Source: Candidatus Bathyarchaeota archaeon RBG_13_38_9 (GTDB lineage: Archaea > Thermoproteota > Bathyarchaeia > 40CM-2-53-6 > RBG-13-38-9). Taken from it: a stretch of DNA of 48,204 bases. Of this stretch, positions 28,687 through 37,892 are shown in pieces. Under the pieces are notes generated by a model. The model was not told where the DNA came from and ran no database searches. It was given only the letters and a program-made list of their open reading frames with translations. Made by a program: the position numbers and the translations under genes. Within the stretch, counting starts at the first letter, position 1, and each line of letters starts with the position of its first letter. The DNA is taken from positions 838 to 49,041 of the forward strand of contig MEZD01000016.1 of assembly GCA_001775955.1 (NCBI GenBank), read 5' to 3'.

Positions 28687-30057
28687 TTATTTTGTCCAGA
28701 CGCCTCTTCCGACGCCTCTGTAGATCATTCCGGTTTTTTCTATCTCTTTTGGTTTTAGGATTCCAGCTGCATCAACCACAACGCATCCTTTTGCAGAAAG
28801 GGAGGCAAGTTTCAATGAGTTTAGTTCTTTGAATTCGTCGTGTCCTACAGTTAATATTATACATTCTGCGTCTTTCAAGACAGTTTCAATAGTTGCTTCA
28901 GATTCATAACCCATCGTTTTTATTTCTGCAAATATGAATTTTGGATCATATACTTTGACTTTACTTCCTCTTCTTTTGAGAGCTTCAATTAATTCTATTG
29001 TCGGTGAATAACGTGTTTCCTTGACATTAGCTCGGTATGAGATACCAAGGATTGTAACTTTTGCTCTGGTAAGAGATCGTCCTACTTGTCGTAATCCTGA
29101 GGCGGCAAGCCTTGCGACGTGTTTGGGCATTTCATCATTGATTTTTCTTGCATCTTTGATGAGTTTGAGTTTCAATCCAACAGATTGTGCTTCAGTCTGT
29201 AGCATATAGGGATAAAGTGGTAGGCAATGGCCTCCAACTCCTATTCCTGGGCGATGTAAGTGTGAGTATGGTTGAGTGTTTGCTGCTCTCATAGCCTCGT
29301 AATAATCTATTTCTGCTCTTTCACAATATAGAGCTAGTTCGTTTGCTAATGCTATATTGAGATCTCTGTAGATAGTCTCAAATAGTTTGGATGCTTCAGC
29401 TGTTTTTAAATTGCTTGTCTTGATGATGCCTGATTTTACTATTGTACTAAGAACTGCTGAGGCAGCCTTTAGGCTGGCGTCATCAAATCCACCGACTATT
29501 TTCTTGTATTCTTGGATGTCCTGTAGGGCTCTTCCAGACATTGCTCTAATAGGACTGTAAGCAAGTCCAAAGTCTTCTCCTGTGATAAGGCCTGAATGTT
29601 TCTCTAGGATGGGTTTTACGATTTTCTCAACTACGTTCGGAGCCACGGTACTCATGAGTATTACTAATGCTCCAGGGATCAAACCTTTGCTCAATTCTTT
29701 GCAGGCGGATTCGAGAATAGAGTAGTCTGCTTGTTTTTGATTATCTACTAAGGTTGGGACAGTAATTATTATTACTTCACTACCTGAAGCGGCATTTTCG
29801 ACATTATTCAGAGATTTTAGTTTACCTGAGCTAACGTGTTTAGCTATTAGTTGGCCGAGTTTGGGTTCTTCGAATGGAGATTCTCCTCTGTTTAACTTAT
29901 CTACTAGTTTTTGGTTTTTGTCTGCACCAAGCACTTTCGCTCCGGCCTCTGCGAAGAGGCAGGCCAGAGGGAGACCCATCCATCCGAGTCCGATAACAGC
30001 AACGGTAATATTTCCACAGGCAAGTTTTTTTGGAATCATGTCAGGTTTGAGTTTCAT
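28687..30057 (-). CDS. Nucleotide-sugar 6-dehydrogenase (UDP-glucose/UDP-ManNAc dehydrogenase family)
   Basis: Rossmann VAVIGLGWMGLPLACLFAEAG, catalytic-Cys region GIGVGGHCLPLYPY, C-terminal UDP-binding domain. Substrate not assignable by eye. Confidence 0.85.
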   Translation of the reverse strand: MKLKPDMIPKKLACGNITVAVIGLGWMGLPLACLFAEAGAKVLGADKNQKLVDKLNRGESPFEEPKLGQLIAKHVSSGKLKSLNNVENAASGSEVIIITVPTLVDNQKQADYSILESACKELSKGLIPGALVILMSTVAPNVVEKIVKPILEKHSGLITGEDFGLAYSPIRAMSGRALQDIQEYKKIVGGFDDASLKAASAVLSTIVKSGIIKTSNLKTAEASKLFETIYRDLNIALANELALYCERAEIDYYEAMRAANTQPYSHLHRPGIGVGGHCLPLYPYMLQTEAQSVGLKLKLIKDARKINDEMPKHVARLAASGLRQVGRSLTRAKVTILGISYRANVKETRYSPTIELIEALKRRGSKVKVYDPKFIFAEIKTMGYESEATIETVLKDAECIILTVGHDEFKELNSLKLASLSAKGCVVVDAAGILKPKEIEKTGMIYRGVGRGVWTK

Positions 30058-30268
30058 TATAGTCAGTGTTTTTCACCATTTATAGATAATCATGATTTGT
30101 TGAGATCTTGTTCTATTATATTATTAAGCCGTAATTATACTCAAAATTATGAGTATTTAATGAATTTGACAGGATATATGATAATAGATTTGGCTTATTT
30201 GGAGAAAGTATCATATTTGAATCGAATTAGATCGTTGAAGTATTGGAAAGTTTGCGTGGGCTTCTGAC

Positions 30269-31321
30269 TTGAAGATACTTGTAGATATGCTTACTCCAAA
30301 GCAAGCACTCTTTCTTGGAGAACTGTCTAACAGAATAGAAGAGAAAGGACATGAGGTAGTTAGGGTTACAAGGAGATTCCATGAGACTCTCTATCTTTTA
30401 CGATTGAAGAAGATTAAAGCTAGGATTATTGGAACTTATCGACTAAATTTAGAGGGTAAGTTACATGAGAGTCTGAAAAGAACATCCAGACTTGCACGTT
30501 TAATGAAAAATCTAAATGTAGAATTGGTTTTAGCTTATCCTTCGGTCGAGGCCGCAAGGGCAGCCTATGGGCTATCAATTCCATATTATTGTGTTAGTGA
30601 CTCTCCACATGCAGAGGCTGTTTCTAGGTTAACGGTTCCTTTAGCGAGCAGACTTTTTTCTCCAGCAATTATTCCCAAAGAAGACTGGATCAGATATGGT
30701 ATATCAAAGTCAAAGATAATTCAATACAATGCTTTGGATCCTTACGTTTGGATAAAAAACTTGAAAAAGGATCCTAAAATTATCCGTAGGTTAGGTCTGG
30801 ATCCAAAAGATAAGTTAATCATATTAAGACTTGAAGAATCATTTGCAGCATATCTCTTGAATAAGGAAGGTGACTGGAGGAATCTAGCTTCAAGGATTCT
30901 TGATGAATTATTAAAAAAATGTGGAGAAGCCAGAATAGTTGTTCTTCCACGATATAACCATCATTACAAGTTATTGAAAGAATTTAAAGGAAAAGTAATT
31001 GTGCCAAAGACCATGATCTATGGCCCCGCTCTCTTAGCATTTTCTTCAGTATTCATAGGTGGTGGAGGTACTATGACTGCCGAAGCGGCTTTAATGGGTG
31101 TTCCAACACTATCATATTTCCCGTCTGGACCGACATATGTGGAGTCTTACCTTCAAGGGATAGGTCTGCTAACTCGTAATATGGATCCAAAATCAATATC
31201 TCAGCAGACATTACGTTGGATTGATGATGATGGTTATAGAAAAAAATGTCAAAAGAAGGCTCAAGAATTATTAGATAATATGGAAGATCCTTTGCAAGTA
31301 ATTCTTGAGAATATTAACTGA
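30269..31321 (+). CDS. DUF354-family protein (GT-B/epimerase-like fold, glycan biosynthesis context)
   Basis: MKILVDMLTPKQALFLGELSNRIEEKGHEV matches the DUF354 N-terminus. C-terminal GGGGTMTAEAALMGVP is a GT-B-type motif. Divergent from the sugar dehydrogenase gene. Confidence 0.65.
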   Translation: MKILVDMLTPKQALFLGELSNRIEEKGHEVVRVTRRFHETLYLLRLKKIKARIIGTYRLNLEGKLHESLKRTSRLARLMKNLNVELVLAYPSVEAARAAYGLSIPYYCVSDSPHAEAVSRLTVPLASRLFSPAIIPKEDWIRYGISKSKIIQYNALDPYVWIKNLKKDPKIIRRLGLDPKDKLIILRLEESFAAYLLNKEGDWRNLASRILDELLKKCGEARIVVLPRYNHHYKLLKEFKGKVIVPKTMIYGPALLAFSSVFIGGGGTMTAEAALMGVPTLSYFPSGPTYVESYLQGIGLLTRNMDPKSISQQTLRWIDDDGYRKKCQKKAQELLDNMEDPLQVILENIN

Positions 31322-31346
31322 TTGTTAAAAACGATCTTTGTTAGTT

Positions 31347-31380
31347 AAAAAAAGTGATTTAAAAAAAGTAATGAAAAAAA
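31347..31380 (-). terminator. Triple T7 terminator (three A7 runs on the + strand)
   Basis: A7 at 31347-53, 31361-67 and 31374-80 (aaaaaaagtgatt / aaaaaaagtaatg / aaaaaaagatgg), 35-70 nt downstream of the stop of the minus-strand gene 31415..31618. Confidence 0.5.
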
Positions 31381-31414
31381 GATGGAATGTTGAATCAACA
31401 GGGCTCAGCAAGTC

Positions 31415-31618
31415 TTAACTATGTCTTGATTTCACTGCACCTACAATAACACCTGATACCAATCCAGCCAAGAAAAGTACTGCTGCAGTTTGTACAGGTT
31501 TCCTGTTCATCACATCTTTAAGCTGGCCCCTATATTCATTGGCAGTTTTGTTAGCATATTCTAATTTGTTATGAAGCTCTGAGATTATGGTTTTATTTTC
31601 CTTTGTTTTCATTGTCAA
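31415..31618 (-). CDS. Small tail-anchored membrane protein (coiled-coil + C-terminal TM; ElaB/YqjD/DUF883-like)
   Basis: 67 aa: helical polar N-part, then NRKPVQTAAVLFLAGLVSGVIVGAVKSRHS (TM plus basic end). Confidence 0.55.
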   Translation of the reverse strand: MTMKTKENKTIISELHNKLEYANKTANEYRGQLKDVMNRKPVQTAAVLFLAGLVSGVIVGAVKSRHS

Positions 31619-32110
31619 AAAAACCGCACCTCCTTTCTAATTATTTGTTTAGAATAGGGAGATTTTATTGTTTCAATGAAACTCAACAATTAATTGATGT
31701 TCGAGCTCGAAAATAGTCGACATGGAACATGGGAATATGAGTATGTTTTTGTCAGATCTCAAATCTAATTTATAGCGTGCTCTTTTGAGCGATAAAAGAT
31801 GATAATTTTTTTTGAAATCTAATGTATCATTGATGTATCAATAATTCCACATCATGCTGACCAGAAAATATTTTTATTCAGATGAACCGAAATCTATTCA
31901 ACTTGACTTATAGTCAGGCTTATAGTTATCTCTAATAATGTTAATTATACATTATACTTAAGCACATATAATAGTAAAATATTAATTCATTCAAAATAAG
32001 GTCTTCCGGAACGTTTTAGATGAGATTTCAGCTTATTTGACCCTCCACCTCGGCAGTTTTCCTGAGACAAAAATGAGGTTTTGATCTCTTAGTTGACATC
32101 AAAAATTATG

Positions 32111-32258
32111 GTGGTGCGGGGAGAGGGATTTGAACCCTCGAACCCCTGCGGGACAGGAGTTCTGCTATGATATCAATTTACAGATGATACACAACCTCAG
32201 TCCTGCGCCTTCAAACCTCGGTTCAACCGAGTTCTTTGACCTGGCTTGGCAACCCCCG
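32111..32258 (-). tRNA. tRNA-Leu (anticodon GAG) with two inserts (D-arm and 37/38 intron); CCA encoded
   Basis: Minus-strand read: GCGGGGG-TT-GCC-AAGCCAGGTCAAAG[aactcggttgaaccgaggtttga]A-GGC-G-CAGGA-CT-GAG-G[about 35 nt]-TCCTG, a long variable arm, GAGGG-TTCAAAT-CCCTC-TCCCCGC-A-CCA. Confidence 0.8.
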
Positions 32259-32296
32259 CTTTCCAGATCAAGTCAATAAGACTATTTTATAACGCT

Positions 32297-33043
32297 TTAT
32301 GAATCCAAAGAACGAGGCTCAATAAGTGAGGGGAAAGCTCTATAGCATGCCTTCAGAATGGGTGGTCCAAAAATAAGCAAGAAAGGCATCTGATTTGTAA
32401 ATGTCCACGTGAACCAGATAACAGCTGCAGTAAACGATAACTTATGACCAAGGTTCAGTGGGAGAATGAAAAATTGGCTAAACAACCAGACACCTACACC
32501 TACTATCGCGCTTCCCAAAGCATTTCCAACTATTGAAGCAACTGTAAACCAGCGCCAACGAGCCCAAAACTTAACCAATGCGATGACCAAAATAATACTA
32601 ATCAACGTGAAACTTATCAGAATAGCAATAGCTTCAAAAGTAAATTCAGAACTCAAAAACAATCGCATTACGAACATTGCAAGAATAATTAAGCAACTCG
32701 CGATCAATCCCATGTTTACTACTGATATTTTAGGCCTAGTTCGTCCAAATTCCCCAATAATATAAAACATAACAAAATTTGCTGGAACCCCTACAGCAAG
32801 GCTCAACAGCATATTTCCATGGATAATAATGTCACTTATGAAGATGCCAATCGCAGCACCAACACCACCAACCATTCCTCCAAAAAGGGCTGCAAATACT
32901 GCTGGAACCACAACAGCTGGCCCCCAAAAACGAACAATACCAACTATTGGAGCAAATATTCCAAGAAATGTCATGTAACCAAATACTGCATAAAGAGTTG
33001 CATTCAGAGCTGCCATCACTACCTGTTGACTTTTCAGAGTCAT
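32297..33043 (-). CDS. Polytopic membrane protein (Gly-rich helices; ECF S-component/vitamin-transporter-like, uncertain)
   Basis: 248 aa, 6-7 TM helices, FGGMVGGVGAAIGIFISD. The nested opposite- and same-strand ORFs in the track are low-complexity shadows. Confidence 0.6.
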   Translation of the reverse strand: MTLKSQQVVMAALNATLYAVFGYMTFLGIFAPIVGIVRFWGPAVVVPAVFAALFGGMVGGVGAAIGIFISDIIIHGNMLLSLAVGVPANFVMFYIIGEFGRTRPKISVVNMGLIASCLIILAMFVMRLFLSSEFTFEAIAILISFTLISIILVIALVKFWARWRWFTVASIVGNALGSAIVGVGVWLFSQFFILPLNLGHKLSFTAAVIWFTWTFTNQMPFLLIFGPPILKACYRAFPSLIEPRSLDS

Positions 33044-33134
33044 AAAGCATCAACTAATAAAACGTGTGTTAAGATGATGAATAAATTAAGATACTTAACT
33101 ATTCCTCGATAAAAAAGGAAAAATCAAAGAAATG

Positions 33135-33650
33135 TCAAAGGTAAGGTAATACTGTCTGAGGATATTTTCTTAATAACAGCCTATTCAATTCACTATTTAA
33201 TTTACAATCAAGCTCTCGATGTTTGTCCGAGAGTAGGTTTAGTGGATTCTCAGTACTCATAATAGGACCTTGAAGAATCAAAGGACTTGTTATATCACTT
33301 GAAGAGACAGGTTTTGACTTCATTATTCCAAGTAGGAAATCTCTAGGTGATTTCTCTTTCTTAGTTAAGTCGATAAGTCCCTTTATTTGTCTCTGATTTA
33401 GTGGCCGTAATCCAAATTCTTGTGGCACCGCACTTTTCAGAGAATCTAATTGATCAACTAATTTGACACCAAGTCCAACATACTTGTAAGGGTTAATCAT
33501 TTCTTCTTTCAAAACCCAAACATTGTAACCATTTGATATCAGGGTTTGGCTGAATTTTCGGTTATCTCGGCCGACAAAGACATTCCAACCTTTAGGATTC
33601 GAGTCATATGATCTAGCGATTTCTCGCTTCAATTTCTCTGCAGGCTGCAC
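33135..33650 (-). CDS. Hypothetical protein (171 aa)
   Basis: Clean ORF with GTG start. No recognised motif. Confidence 0.5.
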   Translation of the reverse strand: MQPAEKLKREIARSYDSNPKGWNVFVGRDNRKFSQTLISNGYNVWVLKEEMINPYKYVGLGVKLVDQLDSLKSAVPQEFGLRPLNQRQIKGLIDLTKKEKSPRDFLLGIMKSKPVSSSDITSPLILQGPIMSTENPLNLLSDKHRELDCKLNSELNRLLLRKYPQTVLPYL

Positions 33651-33808
33651 ATCATTCTTTATTATCTATTCCCACCTATCATTATCGCTAGTTCTTGAAT
33701 AATGAATAATATTAATCTTTCAAGACAAGATTTGTGTCTATACTAGTTGAGAGAACCTAATATCTAGACGATAATATTCAATACCATTGTCGAGAGGTAA
33801 ATAATGTA

Positions 33809-34894
33809 TTGAAAATATTAGCCTTAGATATTGGTTCGGGAACAGAAGATATCCTACTTTATGATGATCAAAAAGAGCTGGAAAACTGTATAAAGATAGT
33901 GCTCCCCAGTCCAGCTACGGTCTACTCAAAAAAGGTCAAATTTTACACAAAATCTCGATCAAACCTTTTCATAAAGGGTGAGACCATTGGTGGAGGAAGC
34001 TTCTCTGAAGCTCTCAAAAGTCATCTCGACGAAGGACTAAAAGTTATTCTTACAAAAGATGTAGCATATTCTATCAGAAACAAACTAGAAGAAGTTGAAA
34101 CTCAAGGTTTTCAAATAATAGATGAAGAAAAACCTCCGGTAGATTTTTCCGGCGAGACGCTTGAAACAAGAGAAATAAACATAAACATAATTCAAAAATT
34201 CTTAAACGAATTCGAAGAGAATCTCTCAAACATAGATATTGTAGCTATAGCTGTTCAGGATCATGGAACACCAAAACAAGAAATTAGTAATAGAAAATTC
34301 AGATTAGATCAAATTAAAAGAAGATTAAAATATTTTCCAAAGCTGGAGAGCCTTGCCTATGAAGAAGATGAATTACCCAATCATTTCATAAGAATGACCT
34401 CAGCGATTAGATCATCTAATTCTCAAATTCCAGAAGCTAAAACTATAGTAATGGATACTTCTATGGCAGCTATCTTGGGATGTCTGGAAGATCAAAAAGT
34501 AAGTAAAGCAACCACAATCTTATCAGCCAATATCGGAAATGAACATTTCACAGCATCAATAATTTCAGAAGGAAATGTACTAGCTCTTTTAGAACATCAC
34601 ACAAGTCTCATGACACCACCTAAGATTGAGTCATTGATGAAAGATTTTATCAAAGGAGAAGTTAGCAATGATTCTATCTTCGAAGATGGTGGTCATGGGG
34701 CATTCTATACACTAACACCTAAAAAAATACCAGACATCGATATCATAATTATTACGGGTCCAAATAGAACTAAAATAACGAAGACTAACATTCAAGCTCA
34801 TTTTGCAGCTCCTGGAGGAGATATGATGATGACGGGACCAATAGGTTTGATAAAAGCAGCAAAATACAAGGTAAAAGAAGAGGATGATGATTAA
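33809..34894 (+). CDS. ASKHA-fold (actin/sugar-kinase-like) protein, DUF1786-like
   Basis: The N-terminal ILALDIGSGTEDILLYD phosphate-1 motif is typical of ASKHA ATPases. TTG start. Confidence 0.55.
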   Translation: MKILALDIGSGTEDILLYDDQKELENCIKIVLPSPATVYSKKVKFYTKSRSNLFIKGETIGGGSFSEALKSHLDEGLKVILTKDVAYSIRNKLEEVETQGFQIIDEEKPPVDFSGETLETREININIIQKFLNEFEENLSNIDIVAIAVQDHGTPKQEISNRKFRLDQIKRRLKYFPKLESLAYEEDELPNHFIRMTSAIRSSNSQIPEAKTIVMDTSMAAILGCLEDQKVSKATTILSANIGNEHFTASIISEGNVLALLEHHTSLMTPPKIESLMKDFIKGEVSNDSIFEDGGHGAFYTLTPKKIPDIDIIIITGPNRTKITKTNIQAHFAAPGGDMMMTGPIGLIKAAKYKVKEEDDD

Positions 34895-34995
34895 AGCAGC
34901 ATACACCTGACTTATAATATTGGCAAATTAAAGTGACAAATTGAGATGCGCTTAAATGAGAGTTGTATCAACTACTTGAGCGCTGAGTGAAGAAA

Positions 34996-35349
34996 ATGAG
35001 TGAGAATTCCGATTCAAGCATGGACAACTCAGGTTCACCTCTCAAGATTACTGATTCAGACTTTGACCAAGCTACTGCCGATTATCCTAGGCTCGTCATT
35101 GATTGCTGGGCTCCATGGTGTGGTCCATGCAGAACCATAGCTCCAATAATAGATGACCTTGCCAAAGCATATTCGGGAAAAGTAATATTTGGTAAAGTCA
35201 ATGTCGATGATAATCCAAGAGTTGCACAGAAATTCGGAATAATGAGTATTCCGACATTGTTATTCATCAAAGAAGGAGAAATCATAGAGAATCTCGTTGG
35301 GGTTGTCCCAAGGAAGACAATAGAAGATAATATTCAGAAACTTATCTAG
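34996..35349 (+). CDS. trxA: Thioredoxin
   Basis: WAPWCGPCR active site and PTLLFIKEGE. The track ORF begins at GTG 34987; ATG 34996 is preferred. Confidence 0.92.
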   Translation: MSENSDSSMDNSGSPLKITDSDFDQATADYPRLVIDCWAPWCGPCRTIAPIIDDLAKAYSGKVIFGKVNVDDNPRVAQKFGIMSIPTLLFIKEGEIIENLVGVVPRKTIEDNIQKLI

Positions 35350-35406
35350 ACATTACTGACAATATATGGATAAGAGTCAAATATAGTCAGGAAATGGTCT
35401 GGATCC

Positions 35407-36234
35407 TTGCCTAACATAAAAGATTCCAATGTTCAGAGTTCCACAAAGGATCGTGAACTACTACGTCGTCTTGGAATGTCGGAGCTTGAATGCTCAATCT
35501 ATCTAAATCTTCTAGAAAAACCAAACGGGGAATCTATAGACAAAGTAATCACAAGCTCTGGACCGTCACCTCAAGAAGTGGAAGTTGCCATTAAGAATCT
35601 AGTTGATAAAGACTCTATATCTGTGAAGAGCAATAGGATTGAGGCCAACGCACCACGAGATTTCCTATCAAATATACTACACGAAACAACTCTTAGCCTT
35701 GACTCTGAGCTGAAACAGGTAAAAGAAACAATTCGCCAACTTGAGCTATCTTTGGATCCCTCATATTGGGAAAAAAGAACAGGTCTTAGACCCGAGGATA
35801 TAATTCTTCCAGTAAGAGACCTCGAATCAATGGAAGAACATACCGTAAAAATGATATCAGACGCCAAAAATTACATCTACATTTTTGCAGAAAAATTTGA
35901 CTGGTATGAAAACATCATTCGACAAATGAGTGAGGCAATTGACCGAGGAGTCAAAGCAAGGATACTGATGTTAGTTAAGGACAAGTATACGGTCAAAAGA
36001 GCAAAAGAATTGAAAGAGCTAAATGTGGAGGTACGTCACTGTGCTGAAGAGTGGTATCCTGTTAGAGGAACATTGATTGATGATAGAACACTCGTTTTCC
36101 TAATATGGGCTACAAGAAAGACCGATGTTGAACGACCGATATATTATAGGCCACACTATACGGAGAATGTAGGTTTGATAAGAATATTCAAGGACGCTTT
36201 CCAAAAACGTTGGGAAGAAGCTAAAACACTCTAA
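35407..36234 (+). CDS. TrmB-family transcriptional regulator (wHTH + TrmB C-terminal/PLD-like domain)
   Basis: LGMSELECSIYLNLLEKPNGESIDKV...VEVAIKNLVDKDSISV is the wHTH. The C-terminal AKNYIYIFAEKF...GVKARILM is as in TrmB C-domains. Confidence 0.75.
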   Translation: MPNIKDSNVQSSTKDRELLRRLGMSELECSIYLNLLEKPNGESIDKVITSSGPSPQEVEVAIKNLVDKDSISVKSNRIEANAPRDFLSNILHETTLSLDSELKQVKETIRQLELSLDPSYWEKRTGLRPEDIILPVRDLESMEEHTVKMISDAKNYIYIFAEKFDWYENIIRQMSEAIDRGVKARILMLVKDKYTVKRAKELKELNVEVRHCAEEWYPVRGTLIDDRTLVFLIWATRKTDVERPIYYRPHYTENVGLIRIFKDAFQKRWEEAKTL

Positions 36235-36686
36235 CTTTTAATTTTCCATATTTGTGGTTTCAAACCCAACTCGATGAATTTATTCCATAAATGTCGTTGG
36301 GCAATATTCTCTCTTAGATTCAACATTATAAGATGTGAAAGACAAGAACAATCAGAAGAACCAAAATCTTTGGTTCCAACAAAGGCAAATTCATAATTAC
36401 AAATTTTTTTTACTAGGTTGCATTCTTGAGCATTTCTTGATTCAGAAAATATGGCTGCCTTGAGCTTAACTTTTGGATCTTTAAGAATATAATCAATGTG
36501 CCAGTGCATTTTTTTATGATCACTATAATGTCTAGAGAGTCTACCTTCAATTGAAGATGAGTGTGATCCGAGTGCTGACCCAACATATGCATACCTACCA
36601 GGTCCTAACTTTATTAGCCCAAGAGCTCCAACTTCCATCTGAACACCATCTTCCACGGAGATTAAAAGAACGTAGACTCCTCTCAA
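36231..36686 (-). CDS. DUF123 / GIY-YIG (Uri) superfamily nuclease-like protein
   Basis: GVYVLLI...GRYAYVGSALG...RLSRHYSDHKKMHWHIDYIL is the diagnostic DUF123 pattern. Its stop codon overlaps the stop of the convergent TrmB gene. Confidence 0.8.
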   Translation of the reverse strand: MRGVYVLLISVEDGVQMEVGALGLIKLGPGRYAYVGSALGSHSSSIEGRLSRHYSDHKKMHWHIDYILKDPKVKLKAAIFSESRNAQECNLVKKICNYEFAFVGTKDFGSSDCSCLSHLIMLNLRENIAQRHLWNKFIELGLKPQIWKIKS

Positions 36687-36785
36687 AACTAATCACATCA
36701 TTTCTGATTTTATATAGAAAATAATATCTCATGGAACCTAAAGATGCATGTCTAGATATTTCATCATAGATTCGATACCTAGGAG

Positions 36786-37892
36786 TTGAGTCAAATTAAA
36801 GGATTGATTCTTGCAGGCGGTTTCGGGACTCGTCTAAGGCCTCTATCCTGTTCCCGTCCAAAGCTTTTGTTCCCAATTGCGGGAAGAACAATGATCGAAT
36901 GGATACTTTCAGGCCTATCTGAAAATGGAGTTAATATGGCAATTCTAGCTACCAACCATATGTCAGATGCTGTTAGAAAGCATCTTGGTAGAAAATTTGA
37001 CGGAGTCAAATTATCTTACTCGTTAGAGTATGAACCACTTGGAACGGGTGGAGCGATAAAAAAAGCAGAAAAATTCTTCAAAAAAAATGAAGATTTTATC
37101 GTTTTCAATGGTGACATAATCTCCTTTCCACCTATCAGAGAGATCCTTAACAAACACGTTTCAAACAAAGCGATAACTACCATAATGCTTCATAAAGTCA
37201 AAGACCCAACACATTTTGGAGTTGTTGAACTCGAAAAGTCAACGAGGATCTTGAACTTCATTGAGAAGCCCTCTTTAGAAAACGCACCAAGTATGTGGAT
37301 CAATGCGGGTGTCTATATTATGAATACTAAAACATTTGACTACATAGTTCCGAATAAAAAGATCAGCATCGAAAGAGATGTTTTTCCAAAAATAGCATCA
37401 TCTGGAAAGCTTTTCGGTCATAAGTATAGAGGTGAATGGTTTGATATTGGGAGATTCAACGAATATAGAAAAGCCAACTCAACAATTTTATCTAGAATAT
37501 CCAAAAGCAAACCAATGATATTCAAGGGCACCAAAATTAATGAAAGTGCAGATTTAATTCCTCCTCTAAGCTTAGGCTCAGACTCTATTATAAGATCGAA
37601 TGTAATTATCGGTCCAAATGTCTCAATTGGAAAACATGTTGTAATAGGCGAACAGAGTAAAATATCAAATTCGATATTATTTGATCATGTTATAATCGGA
37701 AGGAATTCAAATGTTAGAGGAGCTGTCATCGGAGAGGGAGTAGTTATCGGCAATCGAGTTAGGATCCAGAAAGATTGTGTTATAGGTGACCAAGTTTATA
37801 TCAGCGATAATGTTGCACTCAAAAATAACATACAGATATGTCCCCATAAAGAAATCAAATCAAATTTAGACAATGAGGGAGTCGTCGTTTGA
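36786..37892 (+). CDS. Sugar-1-phosphate nucleotidyltransferase with C-terminal left-handed beta-helix (GlmU/RmlA-like)
   Basis: GLILAGGFGTRLRPLS signature. C-terminal hexapeptide repeats (IIGPNVSIGKHVVIGEQSKI...). TTG start. Confidence 0.85.
   Translation: MSQIKGLILAGGFGTRLRPLSCSRPKLLFPIAGRTMIEWILSGLSENGVNMAILATNHMSDAVRKHLGRKFDGVKLSYSLEYEPLGTGGAIKKAEKFFKKNEDFIVFNGDIISFPPIREILNKHVSNKAITTIMLHKVKDPTHFGVVELEKSTRILNFIEKPSLENAPSMWINAGVYIMNTKTFDYIVPNKKISIERDVFPKIASSGKLFGHKYRGEWFDIGRFNEYRKANSTILSRISKSKPMIFKGTKINESADLIPPLSLGSDSIIRSNVIIGPNVSIGKHVVIGEQSKISNSILFDHVIIGRNSNVRGAVIGEGVVIGNRVRIQKDCVIGDQVYISDNVALKNNIQICPHKEIKSNLDNEGVVV

Noticed and set aside
29861-30267. + strand ORFs 29861..30085 and 29911..30267 across the 5' end of the sugar dehydrogenase gene and the divergent promoter
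   Set aside because: They are antisense to the Rossmann-fold N-terminus of a clearly real gene and extend into the AT-rich spacer. No motifs.
31619-32110. An integrated-element remnant at tRNA-Leu
   Set aside because: I could not find a duplicated copy of the tRNA 3' segment or any integrase or gene fragment in the gap. It is retained only as a low-interest note.
32466-33112. ORFs 32466..32765(+), 32819..33112(+) and 32832..33053(-) overlapping the membrane protein gene 32297..33043
   Set aside because: These are alternative frames of a Gly/Ala/Val-rich TM-protein gene. Their translations (N/T/K-rich or Cys/Trp/Ser-rich) look non-biological.
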